39,310 nucleotides of DNA, taken from positions 1 to 39,310 of the IMG/VR virus record IMGVR_UViG_3300044630_002986; one strand, given 5' to 3'. A program made the position numbers and the translations under genes. The notes under the pieces are model-generated. The model was not told the origin of the DNA. It ran no database searches and worked only from the letters and a program-made list of their open reading frames with translations. Origin of the DNA: a virus (lineage: Duplodnaviria; Caudoviricetes). This document shows, one piece after another, positions 29,083-38,325 of the stretch; positions within the stretch are counted from its first letter, which is position 1, and the number at the start of each line of letters is the position of its first letter.

Positions 29083-29163
29083 TTAATTAATTTTTCTTTG
29101 GTTATAAAACGCTAGCAATACTTGATATGTTAGCGTTATGTCATTACCCCAGGTTACTTTCAT
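29083..29163 (-). CDS. 26-aa micro-protein MKVTWGNDITLTYQVLLAFYNQRKIN
   Basis: ATG 2 nt after the nrdJ stop and TAA 1 nt before the next ATG, so it fills the gap exactly. Below the ORF-track cutoff. Confidence 0.6.
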   Translation of the reverse strand: MKVTWGNDITLTYQVLLAFYNQRKIN

Positions 29164-29165
29164 AA

Positions 29166-31025
29166 TTAAACAATTTCACATGCACCTCCAGCACAAGCTG
29201 CTTCACCACGAAGATCGGTATTATCTTGTAACTCAATTACTTTTGTAAGATCAACATTCTTTAACGTTAGAACCAATCTTTCAAAATCTTCTTTTGTACA
29301 ATCTTCAAAAGGTGCTTGTGTGTAAGTACCTCCATTATAAGGTAAAACTGATAATCCGTTATAGAATTTTCTATTTTTCCACATCCAATCACCAACTAAT
29401 TCCCACTCATCTTCTTTAATTGAAACTGTTGCTGATACATTGTGTGTGTTTTGACCGGTTCTATGTCCAGATTTAACCCATTCTTGTGATACTTTTTTAA
29501 CTCGTTCCAACATTTGGAATACAGATTCATATCTCAAAATTGACCCTTCTGGTGCCATTTGTGGAATTGTGATTACAGCGGTATCGTGTGGTCTAAAATA
29601 TTCATCTTCAACAAGTTCCGGGTGATTGATTGCAAGATATGAATATATTGCTTCATTCTTTCCAACACGGATTCTTCTTAAATAATAATCATTATGCCAA
29701 GCGTGAATACCAGATGATGTTCCCAATACTAATGATGAGGTGCCAGATGGTTTAACAGTTGTTGTTCTTGCAGATTTGTTAATACCAATTAAAGTTGCAA
29801 CTCTTTCGTTTTCTTCTTTAACCGCGTTTGCTGCTGCTTTCATATCGTAACCTAATACAACTCCAGAACCAATACCTGTCATCCCAACTCCAATAAGAGC
29901 GTCTTTTTCTGTTGTTCTTTTCCATACGTCTCTTAAATAATGGAAGTCAGTATAACCAGCTTGTAATGTTCCAATAAAGGCCGCCCCTTTAACTCTATTC
30001 TCAAAATCTTCTTGAGATTCTAAATCTGAAGCATTCACCTCACATAAGTTACAGAATTGGTAAGGACGAAGGGCAATCTCACAACAAGGGTTTGTTCCCC
30101 AATCTTTATCGTTTGATAAATAGATTCCAGGTTCTCCAGCTCCAGATAATTCAATTCTTTTCCAAAGGTCCATAAAATATTCTTGTGTTACCTTATGTCT
30201 TAATAGAACAGCCGAATTATTTGCTCTACCTCTTTGTGGATTTGATTCCCACCAGTTTCCGGATTTACAAGAAATCATTTCTTCATCATCAGCGCTAAAT
30301 AATGAAATTAAAGCCGCTCTACGAATACCGCCGGCAAGTACAGCATCAGCAATATGACAAACAATGTCGTGTGTTTCAATTGGTGTTAATTTCTCACTAT
30401 CATTTTTGTTTTCAAACACCTTTGTAATGTTATGAATACAATCTTTTAATGGTTGAGGTCCTGGTGCTTTTCCTCCTGATGTTACAAGAAGAGCTCCTTT
30501 TTGACGAATATCTGAAAAGTCAAATATAGGTGTTGAAGATTTAGTTCCCATATAAGACTCAATCAACACTTTAATCGCATCAGCCCATCCCTCAATAGAA
30601 TCTCCAATTAAGTATCTTCTTGTTCTTGTTGGGTTTGGTTTTTTAATTTCTGGTAATTTATCAACGTGATGTTTTTGTACTGAAAACCCAACGCCGGTTC
30701 CACCTAACAATAAAAACATTGTTTCTGAAAATGCGTCTGTGTGGTCTACCGGTAAGTAAGCACAGTTATAAACTCTGTTTGGTGAGATTTCAATTGGTTT
30801 ACCACCGAATTGTAATGATCTCATTGATGGTAAGATTTTCTTATCATATACCATTTTATAGACGGTTTCAATTTCGTCTTTAATATGTGGGTATTTTTTT
30901 TGGTGCATTTCTTTATTTCTTGTCACCAATTCTTCCCACGTCTCCCTTCTATTTAATTCAGGGACGAATTTAGCGTATTTCATATATACTGTAATATCGC
31001 TTAATATTTTTTGTGAAATATCCAT
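29166..31025 (-). CDS. nrdJ: Class II (adenosylcobalamin-dependent) ribonucleotide reductase, monomeric RTPR type
   Basis: LPSMRSLQFGG, YNCA, GGIRRAA, GEPG, TNPCCEI, FCNLCE, TTVKPSGT and C-terminal CAGGAC. No beta subunit is adjacent. Confidence 0.9.
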   Translation of the reverse strand: MDISQKILSDITVYMKYAKFVPELNRRETWEELVTRNKEMHQKKYPHIKDEIETVYKMVYDKKILPSMRSLQFGGKPIEISPNRVYNCAYLPVDHTDAFSETMFLLLGGTGVGFSVQKHHVDKLPEIKKPNPTRTRRYLIGDSIEGWADAIKVLIESYMGTKSSTPIFDFSDIRQKGALLVTSGGKAPGPQPLKDCIHNITKVFENKNDSEKLTPIETHDIVCHIADAVLAGGIRRAALISLFSADDEEMISCKSGNWWESNPQRGRANNSAVLLRHKVTQEYFMDLWKRIELSGAGEPGIYLSNDKDWGTNPCCEIALRPYQFCNLCEVNASDLESQEDFENRVKGAAFIGTLQAGYTDFHYLRDVWKRTTEKDALIGVGMTGIGSGVVLGYDMKAAANAVKEENERVATLIGINKSARTTTVKPSGTSSLVLGTSSGIHAWHNDYYLRRIRVGKNEAIYSYLAINHPELVEDEYFRPHDTAVITIPQMAPEGSILRYESVFQMLERVKKVSQEWVKSGHRTGQNTHNVSATVSIKEDEWELVGDWMWKNRKFYNGLSVLPYNGGTYTQAPFEDCTKEDFERLVLTLKNVDLTKVIELQDNTDLRGEAACAGGACEIV

Positions 31026-31050
31026 ATTTACAAATTTAATTATTTTATTT

Positions 31051-32442
31051 TTAATTTTCTACTGATTTTTGTTTTTCTTTTTGTTGTCTCTTTTCCAACA
31101 ATTCCTTAACCCTTTGTCGTTGTCTTTCCTCTTTTTGTTCTTCTAAACCTAAGAATGTTGTTGTAGATTCTGTATCAATATCTAGCATTGCATTATCAAA
31201 TTTGCAATTTTCAAATACCACACCGTCATCCCCTATACGAGATTTGGTAATTGCTATTGTGGCAAGTTTCATTTCTTTTTGTTGTAATGACTTTGCTACT
31301 GTTATAATAACGTGACCTACTTGTGCTTTCTTAATTGACCCACCCATTTGGTCTGTTGTTACAACATCTGAAGATATTGATGAACGATTACCTTGTGTTG
31401 CGGTCCAACCAACTATACTTAGTTCATGACACATCGCTTCAAAAGCTCTCATTACAGATCCTTCACTCTTCCATTCGTCTCCTAGGTTTTTATCCGGAAC
31501 AACACAATCAATGTAATCCAAGATAACCATATCAATCTTAATACCGTCAGCAATCATCTTTCTGATTTCATTTTTAATCTGAAGCATTGTTTTGGTGTCA
31601 GATGGTAATTTTTTCAAAATCAACTCGTTTTGCATAGTTTCCTTGATTTCTTTTACTTTTTTCATCACCTCATCTTTTTTGTCTGACAATTCGTCAGGGT
31701 GAATCTTTGTCCAAAGAGTAAAATGTTTCCTTTGTATCACTTTTGGGTTGTCTTCAAAAAAGATTTGAAGAACATTAAATCCAAGGTTGAATGCGTGGTT
31801 TGCAATCTTTGTTGTTAGAGTTGATTTTCCTACTCCGGTTGGTGCAAGTATTACACCAATTTCACCTTTTGCCAATCCTCCTTTTAACAGTCTATCTATT
31901 CCAGGTATACCCATTGGGATTGGGTGTCTGTAGTCGTCATCTAGCACTTGGTCTAGGTTTGAAAAGACATCCATTGCACTTGTGTCTTTTGAACCAACCA
32001 ATAAGGCCTCTCTTACTAATTCTTCTAGGGTGTCATAGTTCTCAAACTCTCCACCATCAATAATTTTTTGTGCCTTTTTCATCACTTTCTGTAACTCTTG
32101 TTGTTTACAGAATTTAAGTGCTTTTTCTTGTACGAAATCCACTCCCTCAATAGGCGCATCCTTGATTTTCTTAATAGTATCAAGAACAACTTTAATAGCA
32201 GTTTCCTGTTGTAATTCGGATTTGGCTACTTGTTCCAGAGTATCAAATGATGGTGTGTGGTCGTATTTTTTATAATACTCTTTTACCATTTGAATAATGA
32301 TTTTGAAATATTTGTTTTCAAAATAACTATTCTCAATTACATCAATGATTGAATGTGAAAATTCTTTGTCTACAATAATTTGGTTAAGTAATTGAATTTG
32401 AAAATTGTTTCCGAGATACTCAAAGTTTTTGTTAGTCGCCAT
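31051..32442 (-). CDS. Replicative DNA helicase, DnaB / T4 gp41-like
   Basis: GGLAKGEIGVILAPTGVGKS (Walker A), ILDYID (Walker B), WTATQGNR and ITKSR. Confidence 0.9.
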   Translation of the reverse strand: MATNKNFEYLGNNFQIQLLNQIIVDKEFSHSIIDVIENSYFENKYFKIIIQMVKEYYKKYDHTPSFDTLEQVAKSELQQETAIKVVLDTIKKIKDAPIEGVDFVQEKALKFCKQQELQKVMKKAQKIIDGGEFENYDTLEELVREALLVGSKDTSAMDVFSNLDQVLDDDYRHPIPMGIPGIDRLLKGGLAKGEIGVILAPTGVGKSTLTTKIANHAFNLGFNVLQIFFEDNPKVIQRKHFTLWTKIHPDELSDKKDEVMKKVKEIKETMQNELILKKLPSDTKTMLQIKNEIRKMIADGIKIDMVILDYIDCVVPDKNLGDEWKSEGSVMRAFEAMCHELSIVGWTATQGNRSSISSDVVTTDQMGGSIKKAQVGHVIITVAKSLQQKEMKLATIAITKSRIGDDGVVFENCKFDNAMLDIDTESTTTFLGLEEQKEERQRQRVKELLEKRQQKEKQKSVEN

Positions 32443-32482
32443 ATATTTTTCCTTCTGTTAGTAATGATAAATACTACTACTT

Positions 32483-32926
32483 TTAGATAAATTGTGGATA
32501 AAAATAATTAAATTTCTTATCTGAAAAAATGTCAGTAAGTTCCGACAATATACTTTTCAGCTTTGGACGTAGGTCTACGGTATATCTCACCTTTGGTGGG
32601 TATACTTTTGCGTCAAATGACCTCTGACAAATTGTCAGGTTTTCTACCTTAATATAAAGGTTAAAATTTTCATCTCCCTCCGTAATTGAAGTATTTAATA
32701 CTTCCGGATTTTCCATAATCTCATATTGGTTCTCCAACATATAAACTACGGACCTCATCTTTAAATCATTTTGTAGGGAGTTACAAAAAGACTTAATGTA
32801 GTCATAAAACTCTTCTGATTTGTGGGCACTTTTATTAAACCCTTTTACATTGAAGAATCTTTGTACTACAATGTTGTCGTTACACATTAACAAAAATTCA
32901 ACTTTTGTTACATCCTGTTCTCTCAT
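32483..32926 (-). CDS. Hypothetical protein in the replication operon
   Basis: 147-aa ORF packed between the exonuclease and helicase genes. No motif recognised. Confidence 0.6.
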   Translation of the reverse strand: MREQDVTKVEFLLMCNDNIVVQRFFNVKGFNKSAHKSEEFYDYIKSFCNSLQNDLKMRSVVYMLENQYEIMENPEVLNTSITEGDENFNLYIKVENLTICQRSFDAKVYPPKVRYTVDLRPKLKSILSELTDIFSDKKFNYFYPQFI

Positions 32927-32930
32927 TTTT

Positions 32931-33947
32931 TTACTTTTTTGGTTTGTTTCTAAAATTTGTTTTTTCTTTCCTTGATAGTTTTAAAAATGGTCTTAAAAAA
33001 TTTACCCAAGCGTCATCACCTTTTGGTAGAAATTTGAAGAACCCGTCCTCCATCATCATCCTAATTAAGTTTCTATGTCCTCTTCCGTCTGGATCCAATG
33101 ACTCCGAGTAATATAAACTAACCAGTTCTTTTCCTTCATCTGAAATAAGTGGGTTCGCAAGGTCCACCAATTTCTCATTTATGATAAAAAATTCTTCTCC
33201 AAAAATCCCTTCTTTGGTTTTTCCACTAAGTAGATTTTGTAAGGCAACATTTCCTTTTTGTTCTGTTAATAACTGTTCAGCCTTTGTTAAAATATCGGTA
33301 TATTTAACCTCACTTTCAAGTATTTCTGGAAATAATTTAAGAAATGTTTTTTCACCCAAATAAAAAATACCATCAATATTATCCGAACTATCACCGGTTA
33401 ATATTTTATAGGTTTTAACATTATAATGGGGGATTTCAGATGAGTCCATCTTAATTCCATCCCCCAATTTATAATATCTCTTATGTTGTGGTGAGTATAT
33501 AGAGACCCTATCAGAAATAAGTTGTGTTAAATCACGGTCAGAAGAAAAAATGGTCTTATCTTCATCCTGGGATATTTGACAATAGTAAGCAACCAAATCA
33601 TCGGCCTCTGATTGTTCAACTTCTAATTGTCTTACAAACATTTCTTCAAGGTATTGTTTTACCCTTTCTTTTTGTTTTAAAAAAGATTGTTCTTTAAAAT
33701 CTTCGTCGTCTTTTTGTTTACGATTTAATTTGTATTTTGGGTATATAATTCTTCTTTGTGATGAGCCGGTTTCACTATCCCAAAACACAACAACTTTATT
33801 GTAATTATTTTCTTCTAAAAATCTTCTTAGAGTGTTTAAAAAATGCCAAGTACCACCAACGTGTTCACCTTTGTTAAAAAAGTCTCTAACACCGTGGAAA
33901 CCGATTTTTAGAAGGTTATTACCATCTACCAATAAAGTTTTAGTCAT
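32931..33947 (-). CDS. 5'-3' exonuclease / flap endonuclease (T4 RNase H / PolI N-terminal-like)
   Basis: LLVDGNNL, VFWD, RRIIYPKYKLNR, EADDL, SSDRDLTQL and LTGDSSDNIDGI..LGEKT. Confidence 0.92.
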   Translation of the reverse strand: MTKTLLVDGNNLLKIGFHGVRDFFNKGEHVGGTWHFLNTLRRFLEENNYNKVVVFWDSETGSSQRRIIYPKYKLNRKQKDDEDFKEQSFLKQKERVKQYLEEMFVRQLEVEQSEADDLVAYYCQISQDEDKTIFSSDRDLTQLISDRVSIYSPQHKRYYKLGDGIKMDSSEIPHYNVKTYKILTGDSSDNIDGIFYLGEKTFLKLFPEILESEVKYTDILTKAEQLLTEQKGNVALQNLLSGKTKEGIFGEEFFIINEKLVDLANPLISDEGKELVSLYYSESLDPDGRGHRNLIRMMMEDGFFKFLPKGDDAWVNFLRPFLKLSRKEKTNFRNKPKK

Positions 33948-34962
33948 TTAATTCTTCGTTTGATTGGTTTGACAATACTGGTTCTTCTTCTACAATGTAA
34001 TCATTAAGGAACTCACTAAATATTGCCTCCATTACTGGAACACATATTGAATTTCCAGCAAGTGATACGTGTCCTTTTGTTGATAGTGATGTTGTTAATA
34101 ATAAATCAATATCTTCATCACGAACACCCATAAATCTATACCCTTCTCTTGCTGTAATATTTCTTACTCTACCGTCTTCGGTCATAATTTGTGGGGATCC
34201 ACTTGTTGTAAGACAAGGTGAACAACCATCAATAGAATAAATCCTTCTTGATTGATCATAACTTATATCATCTCGTCTTGCAATCAATCTACATACCGTA
34301 TTTCCTTTTGGTTGGTGTATTGTATATGGACAATCAATAAACAATTCTGGGTCCTGTGTATCCTCAATAAACGGTCTCATTGGTATTCTTGTTTTTTTGT
34401 GGTTGTCAACGTTTTCCATTCTTTGTTTTACATCTTCTCTTTCACCATCTAAAACTGAAATCATAAATACTCTTTCTCTGTTTTGTGGACAACCGAAGTC
34501 AGCACCATTAAGTAATCTCCAGTATGACGTATAACCAAGACCTCTTAAAAAATAGATATGTTTTTTAAAATTTTCATAATGATTTTTTGAGATTAGATTT
34601 TTAACATTTTCCATTAACAAATACTTTGGTCTATTTGTTGACAAAATTCTTTCAACATCAAATAGCAATCCACTTCTAGTTCCTTCTTTAATTCCTCTTT
34701 GGACTCCGGAAATTGAAATGTCCTGACAAGGGAATGAATATGTTAATAAATCACATTGTGGGAAATTATTGTGGTCAATTTTTGTTATGTCCCCCAAATT
34801 ACCCATTTGTGATTGATGTAAAACATCATAACACTCATTTGCTTGTTTGAAGTTGTCACAATTTGCAACATTTTCATAATTAACCCCAACATATTTCAAT
34901 GCTAGTTCTTGTGTTCCGTATCCGGAAAATAATGAAATAACTTTTAATTTATTCTTGTTCAT
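33940..34962 (-). CDS. DNA (cytosine-5)-methyltransferase
   Basis: Motif I LFSGYG, motif IV SFPCQDIS, motif VI LMENV, motif VIII QNRERVF and motif X AGNSI. Confidence 0.93.
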   Translation of the reverse strand: MNKNKLKVISLFSGYGTQELALKYVGVNYENVANCDNFKQANECYDVLHQSQMGNLGDITKIDHNNFPQCDLLTYSFPCQDISISGVQRGIKEGTRSGLLFDVERILSTNRPKYLLMENVKNLISKNHYENFKKHIYFLRGLGYTSYWRLLNGADFGCPQNRERVFMISVLDGEREDVKQRMENVDNHKKTRIPMRPFIEDTQDPELFIDCPYTIHQPKGNTVCRLIARRDDISYDQSRRIYSIDGCSPCLTTSGSPQIMTEDGRVRNITAREGYRFMGVRDEDIDLLLTTSLSTKGHVSLAGNSICVPVMEAIFSEFLNDYIVEEEPVLSNQSNEELND

Positions 34963-35959
34963 ATACCTTTTCTTCTTTTAAATCAAATTCACCATCAACT
35001 CCGATAATTGTTTTCCAATATTCTGCATATTCACTTTTGTAATTCTCAATTGATTTCTTTTCTTCTGTTGCATCTTTTCCAGGTAAAAACCCATGTGGTG
35101 TTACAATAATCTTACCATCTTCAAAACCAAGTCCATTTATGTGGTTTTTCATAACAGATACTTTTGTTCTTGAAGCAAACTTAACAGTTCTTTTGTCTTT
35201 TGTTGCTGTAATTTTTGTTGTACCGGCACCTTTTTGGTTTCCAAATAAAAATACTAAAGATGAATTTAACCAAATTGCTTCACCACCTTTTGCTTTAATT
35301 TTTGGTTGACCAAATGGATTATCTGGTAATTCAACCCAAGGTTGGTTTACAATAATTAAAGTGTTTTCATATTTTGAATCTGCTTTTCTTGATCCGGATA
35401 TTCTTTGATTGATTCCCATACCAATTTTGTCGGCTAATACACTCGCATTGTGTTGTTTACCACCTTTACCCTCATAAGTCATTTTACACGGAACTGAACC
35501 AACTGAATCCCACATAATACATAGTGAATAGTCTAACTCACCCTTTTCTTGTGCGTCTAATAATTCATTTATATATTCTGTAATTTGTTCTATATAACTA
35601 AAATTATTATTAAATAAGAAGAACCCGTCCCAACCTAACTCACCAGTTTCTTCATCAACAACTTCTTCACATTCAAAACCCATCAATCTTGCGTGGTCAA
35701 ACGACCATTTTTGTTCTGTAATAATGAACACAGGAAGAATTTCTTTCTTTTGTGCGTCAACAGCAGTTTTTACAAGTGCTGTTGTTTTTCCAGTGTCCGA
35801 GTGTCCTAAAAACATATTTATATGTCCCATAGCAGGTCCTGGAAGACCAACCGCGTCAAGGAATGACTCACCTAAATCAAAATACCTTTGTGGTTTGTAT
35901 TTTGCATCAGATGAGAATTTTTTCTTAATTGAACTAAAATCTTTTTTCTTAATTGCCAT
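34949..35959 (-). CDS. RecA/UvsX-like recombinase
   Basis: GHSDTGKTT (Walker A), IMWDSVG, IIVNQ, KAKGGEAI and VMKNHI. Confidence 0.88.
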   Translation of the reverse strand: MAIKKKDFSSIKKKFSSDAKYKPQRYFDLGESFLDAVGLPGPAMGHINMFLGHSDTGKTTALVKTAVDAQKKEILPVFIITEQKWSFDHARLMGFECEEVVDEETGELGWDGFFLFNNNFSYIEQITEYINELLDAQEKGELDYSLCIMWDSVGSVPCKMTYEGKGGKQHNASVLADKIGMGINQRISGSRKADSKYENTLIIVNQPWVELPDNPFGQPKIKAKGGEAIWLNSSLVFLFGNQKGAGTTKITATKDKRTVKFASRTKVSVMKNHINGLGFEDGKIIVTPHGFLPGKDATEEKKSIENYKSEYAEYWKTIIGVDGEFDLKEEKVYEQE

Positions 35960-35963
35960 ATTT

Positions 35964-36623
35964 TTAATTTTTTATTAAAAAGTCAGAAGTTGATGTGTTC
36001 TTACCGTGAATGTACCAAATCATATTTTCAGTATTATCAACTTCTGCTATTTTACATTTATTACACCAACTATCTCTCCACATATTATCTTCAAAACCAT
36101 AAATTGAAGTAATGTCTTTTATTAAGTTCAGTGCTTTAAGGTTAAAGGCAAATGTTGCCGGTATTTTAAAATCACACCCTTCTGGATTTGCTCCCAAATT
36201 ATGATAATTACCTCTTCTTAATAAATTTCCATTTAATTGATATTTGATTCTTGATGATAAAACATCAACATCATTATTATCAAAATAATCAACTATTGTC
36301 TTGATATAATCTTTTTTGTAAATGTCATCATCATCAATCTTCACAAAAATATCATATGTTTCATAATCTTCAACAGCAAATATAGCTTTCATATGATTTG
36401 TGTGTTGATGGTTATTTACTGAAAATATAAATGAATTTTTTTCAGTTTTCAAGTCATGAATTAAAACATTAACATTATTAATATTAAAATTTCGTTGATC
36501 AAGTGTAACGTTAATACTATGGAATATGTTCTCATAACTTTGGGTTGCAATATCTTGGATACAACCCCTTAACATTTTAAACCTATTGTAACTTGGTGTA
36601 AAACACAATACTTTCTTGTTCAT
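35964..36623 (-). CDS. GT2-family (GT-A) glycosyltransferase
   Basis: N-terminal FTPSYNRFKML..QSY, FVKIDDDDIY (DxD), GFEDNMW and C-terminal YIHGKNTS. Confidence 0.8.
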   Translation of the reverse strand: MNKKVLCFTPSYNRFKMLRGCIQDIATQSYENIFHSINVTLDQRNFNINNVNVLIHDLKTEKNSFIFSVNNHQHTNHMKAIFAVEDYETYDIFVKIDDDDIYKKDYIKTIVDYFDNNDVDVLSSRIKYQLNGNLLRRGNYHNLGANPEGCDFKIPATFAFNLKALNLIKDITSIYGFEDNMWRDSWCNKCKIAEVDNTENMIWYIHGKNTSTSDFLIKN

Positions 36624-36634
36624 ATATGAATTTT

Positions 36635-36672
36635 AAAAACTTGGACATCTTGTCTAAGTAGATGTCCAAGTT
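36635..36672 (-). terminator. Hairpin/intrinsic terminator downstream of the ssb gene
   Basis: 13-bp perfect inverted repeat AACTTGGACATCT-N9-AGATGTCCAAGTT (36638-36672) with a short U-tail on the minus strand. Confidence 0.7.
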
Positions 36673-36680
36673 AATTAATA

Positions 36681-37547
36681 TTAGAATGGTAATTCCTCAT
36701 CAACTTCATCATTAGCTTGTGGGTCCTCAACTTTTGTTTGAGTTTTTGTTTTACCACCACCTATTGAGATTTCTTCTTCAGATGTGTTGCTATAGATATA
36801 TTTTCCAGCATCAGTATCCCATCTTGGTGTTTCACCACGAGCAATAGCTTCAAGATATTCAGTAGGTTTTTTAGAATAAACATCTTCCCAAGTAAGTTCG
36901 TCAGCAATCCATTCTGCCATTGTTTCTTCATCTTCGTGAACCGAAGATGGGTCGTCATACATAACTGTTTGGATTACAGTGTAGAATGCACCTTTTGGTG
37001 TTTTAGCTTTTGTCAATTCTAAAATAAGGTCTCTTCCTTTGTCAGCGTCAGCAATATCACCTTTTGCCTTATAGATAGGAATAATTTTATCAAAAATCCC
37101 TTCTTGTTTGTAGTTGTGTTTGAATCTCCAGAATTTAGGCCCATCTTGTTCGTTTTCACGGTCAATTACCTTAACAATATAAAACTTACGAGGTTTATAC
37201 TGTTTTGCTAATTCTTTGTCAGATTCTTTACCAGTTGACATAAGGACATCATAAACTTCACTTAAAGGTGAGCGTTCATTGTCATTTTTTCCTGGATCAT
37301 AAAATTTCTGCCATTTTCCGTCCACAAGAATTTCGTGAAACCATACCTCTTTAAAAGGTGAAGATCCGTCCGGAGTAGGTAAAATACGGATTTTCTTTTG
37401 TGCTTGCTTTTCGTTGTCTTTAAGTATTGCAGCAAAATACTTTTTCATTCTGTCTTCTTGAGACATTTTTGATCCGGATGTGTAATCTCCAGATTTTGAG
37501 TTCTCGTACTGTGAGAGAACCGCGTCTAAAACATTGTTTGTCGCCAT
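36681..37547 (-). CDS. Single-stranded DNA-binding protein, T4 gp32-like
   Basis: IRILP..PFKEVWFH, FYIVKVIDR, GPKFWRF, GRDLILE and an acidic C-terminus ending DEVDEELPF. Confidence 0.8.
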   Translation of the reverse strand: MATNNVLDAVLSQYENSKSGDYTSGSKMSQEDRMKKYFAAILKDNEKQAQKKIRILPTPDGSSPFKEVWFHEILVDGKWQKFYDPGKNDNERSPLSEVYDVLMSTGKESDKELAKQYKPRKFYIVKVIDRENEQDGPKFWRFKHNYKQEGIFDKIIPIYKAKGDIADADKGRDLILELTKAKTPKGAFYTVIQTVMYDDPSSVHEDEETMAEWIADELTWEDVYSKKPTEYLEAIARGETPRWDTDAGKYIYSNTSEEEISIGGGKTKTQTKVEDPQANDEVDEELPF

Positions 37548-37580
37548 TTTTATATTTGTTTTTAAAAGTTTACAATAGAA

Positions 37581-37609
37581 ATTATAATTAAAATTTGTGT
37601 CGCAGTCAA
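37581..37609 (-). promoter_or_regulatory. Consensus sigma70-type promoter TTGACT-N17-TATAAT driving ssb and the replication operon
   Basis: The -35 box is at 37609-37604 and the -10 box at 37586-37581, with a 17-nt spacer, just after the upstream terminator. Confidence 0.75.
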
Positions 37610-37618
37610 TAGGGTATT

Positions 37619-37657
37619 AAAAAAAATTGTTTAAGGTCGCAAATTACGACCTTAAAC
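37619..37657 (-). terminator. Intrinsic terminator
   Basis: 11-bp perfect stem GTTTAAGGTCG-N7-CGACCTTAAAC (37629-37657) right after the stop at 37659, followed by an 8-U run on the minus strand. Confidence 0.85.
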
Positions 37658-37658
37658 C

Positions 37659-38321
37659 TTATTTGTTAAAATTTTCATCATCACTCCAATCATTAAAAGT
37701 GTCTTCAATTTCATTTGGTGAATAATCTTCAACATCATCAGTTGTTAAGACATATTCATTTTTGCCACTTTTTTCCATTTCTTCTTGTTTATCAGCAAAG
37801 AAATCTGATAATTTTTGTTTAAATGGTCCTGAATCTAAACTTCTCAATTCTAATTTTTCTTGAGCGGTTTTTGGTCTAAACTTATCAAATTTTTGTTCCA
37901 AAGAATTTAATGATGAAACAATATTATCCATTTCTTTCAGTTTGTCTTCCAAACCTTTAATCTGATTGAAAAGATTTTCAAAGTACTCTTCTTGTTTTGT
38001 TTCAATATTTTTTTGAGAATTAACTAAATCTGTAATATCTAATTCTTCAGTTTCATCACCCTCTTTACCAACTTCTTCAACATCTGGGTCAGTCGCTGGA
38101 TCTACCGGAGCCGGACCACCTGCCGCAGCATCTGGAGCCGGGCCACCTGCTGGTGGAGCACCACCCGGAGGAGGAGGAACATCACCACCCGGAGGAGGAG
38201 GAACATCACCACCCGGAGGAGGAACATCACCTGGTGGTGGGGGAACTTCTTGTTCATTTAAATATTTATTGATACTTTTGTATCTATAAATTTCTTCTAG
38301 TATTTTTTTTTCAACACTCAT
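37659..38321 (-). CDS. Acidic, Pro-rich coiled-coil protein (possible prohead core/scaffold or internal head protein)
   Basis: DVPPPPGG repeats, an acidic linker and a heptad-like segment (YFENLFNQIKGLEDKLKEMDNIVSSLNSLEQKF). Function is inferred. Confidence 0.55.
   Translation of the reverse strand: MSVEKKILEEIYRYKSINKYLNEQEVPPPPGDVPPPGGDVPPPPGGDVPPPPGGAPPAGGPAPDAAAGGPAPVDPATDPDVEEVGKEGDETEELDITDLVNSQKNIETKQEEYFENLFNQIKGLEDKLKEMDNIVSSLNSLEQKFDKFRPKTAQEKLELRSLDSGPFKQKLSDFFADKQEEMEKSGKNEYVLTTDDVEDYSPNEIEDTFNDWSDDENFNK
38161..38229 (-). repeat. GC-rich coding tandem repeat (24, 24 and 21 nt) encoding DVPPP(P)GG
   Basis: CCACCCGGAGGAGGAGGAACATCA at 38161-38184 and 38185-38208, with a one-codon-shorter copy at 38209-38229. 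Confidence 0.9.
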
Positions 38322-38325
38322 TATA

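Noticed and set aside
29166-35959. Inteins or introns in nrdJ, helicase or recA
   Set aside because: Lengths are normal, motifs are contiguous, and no intein or homing endonuclease signatures are seen.
3014-36958. The many 60-107 aa nested or antisense ORFs in the track
   Set aside because: They overlap longer, motif-bearing genes entirely or almost entirely and show no recognisable protein features.
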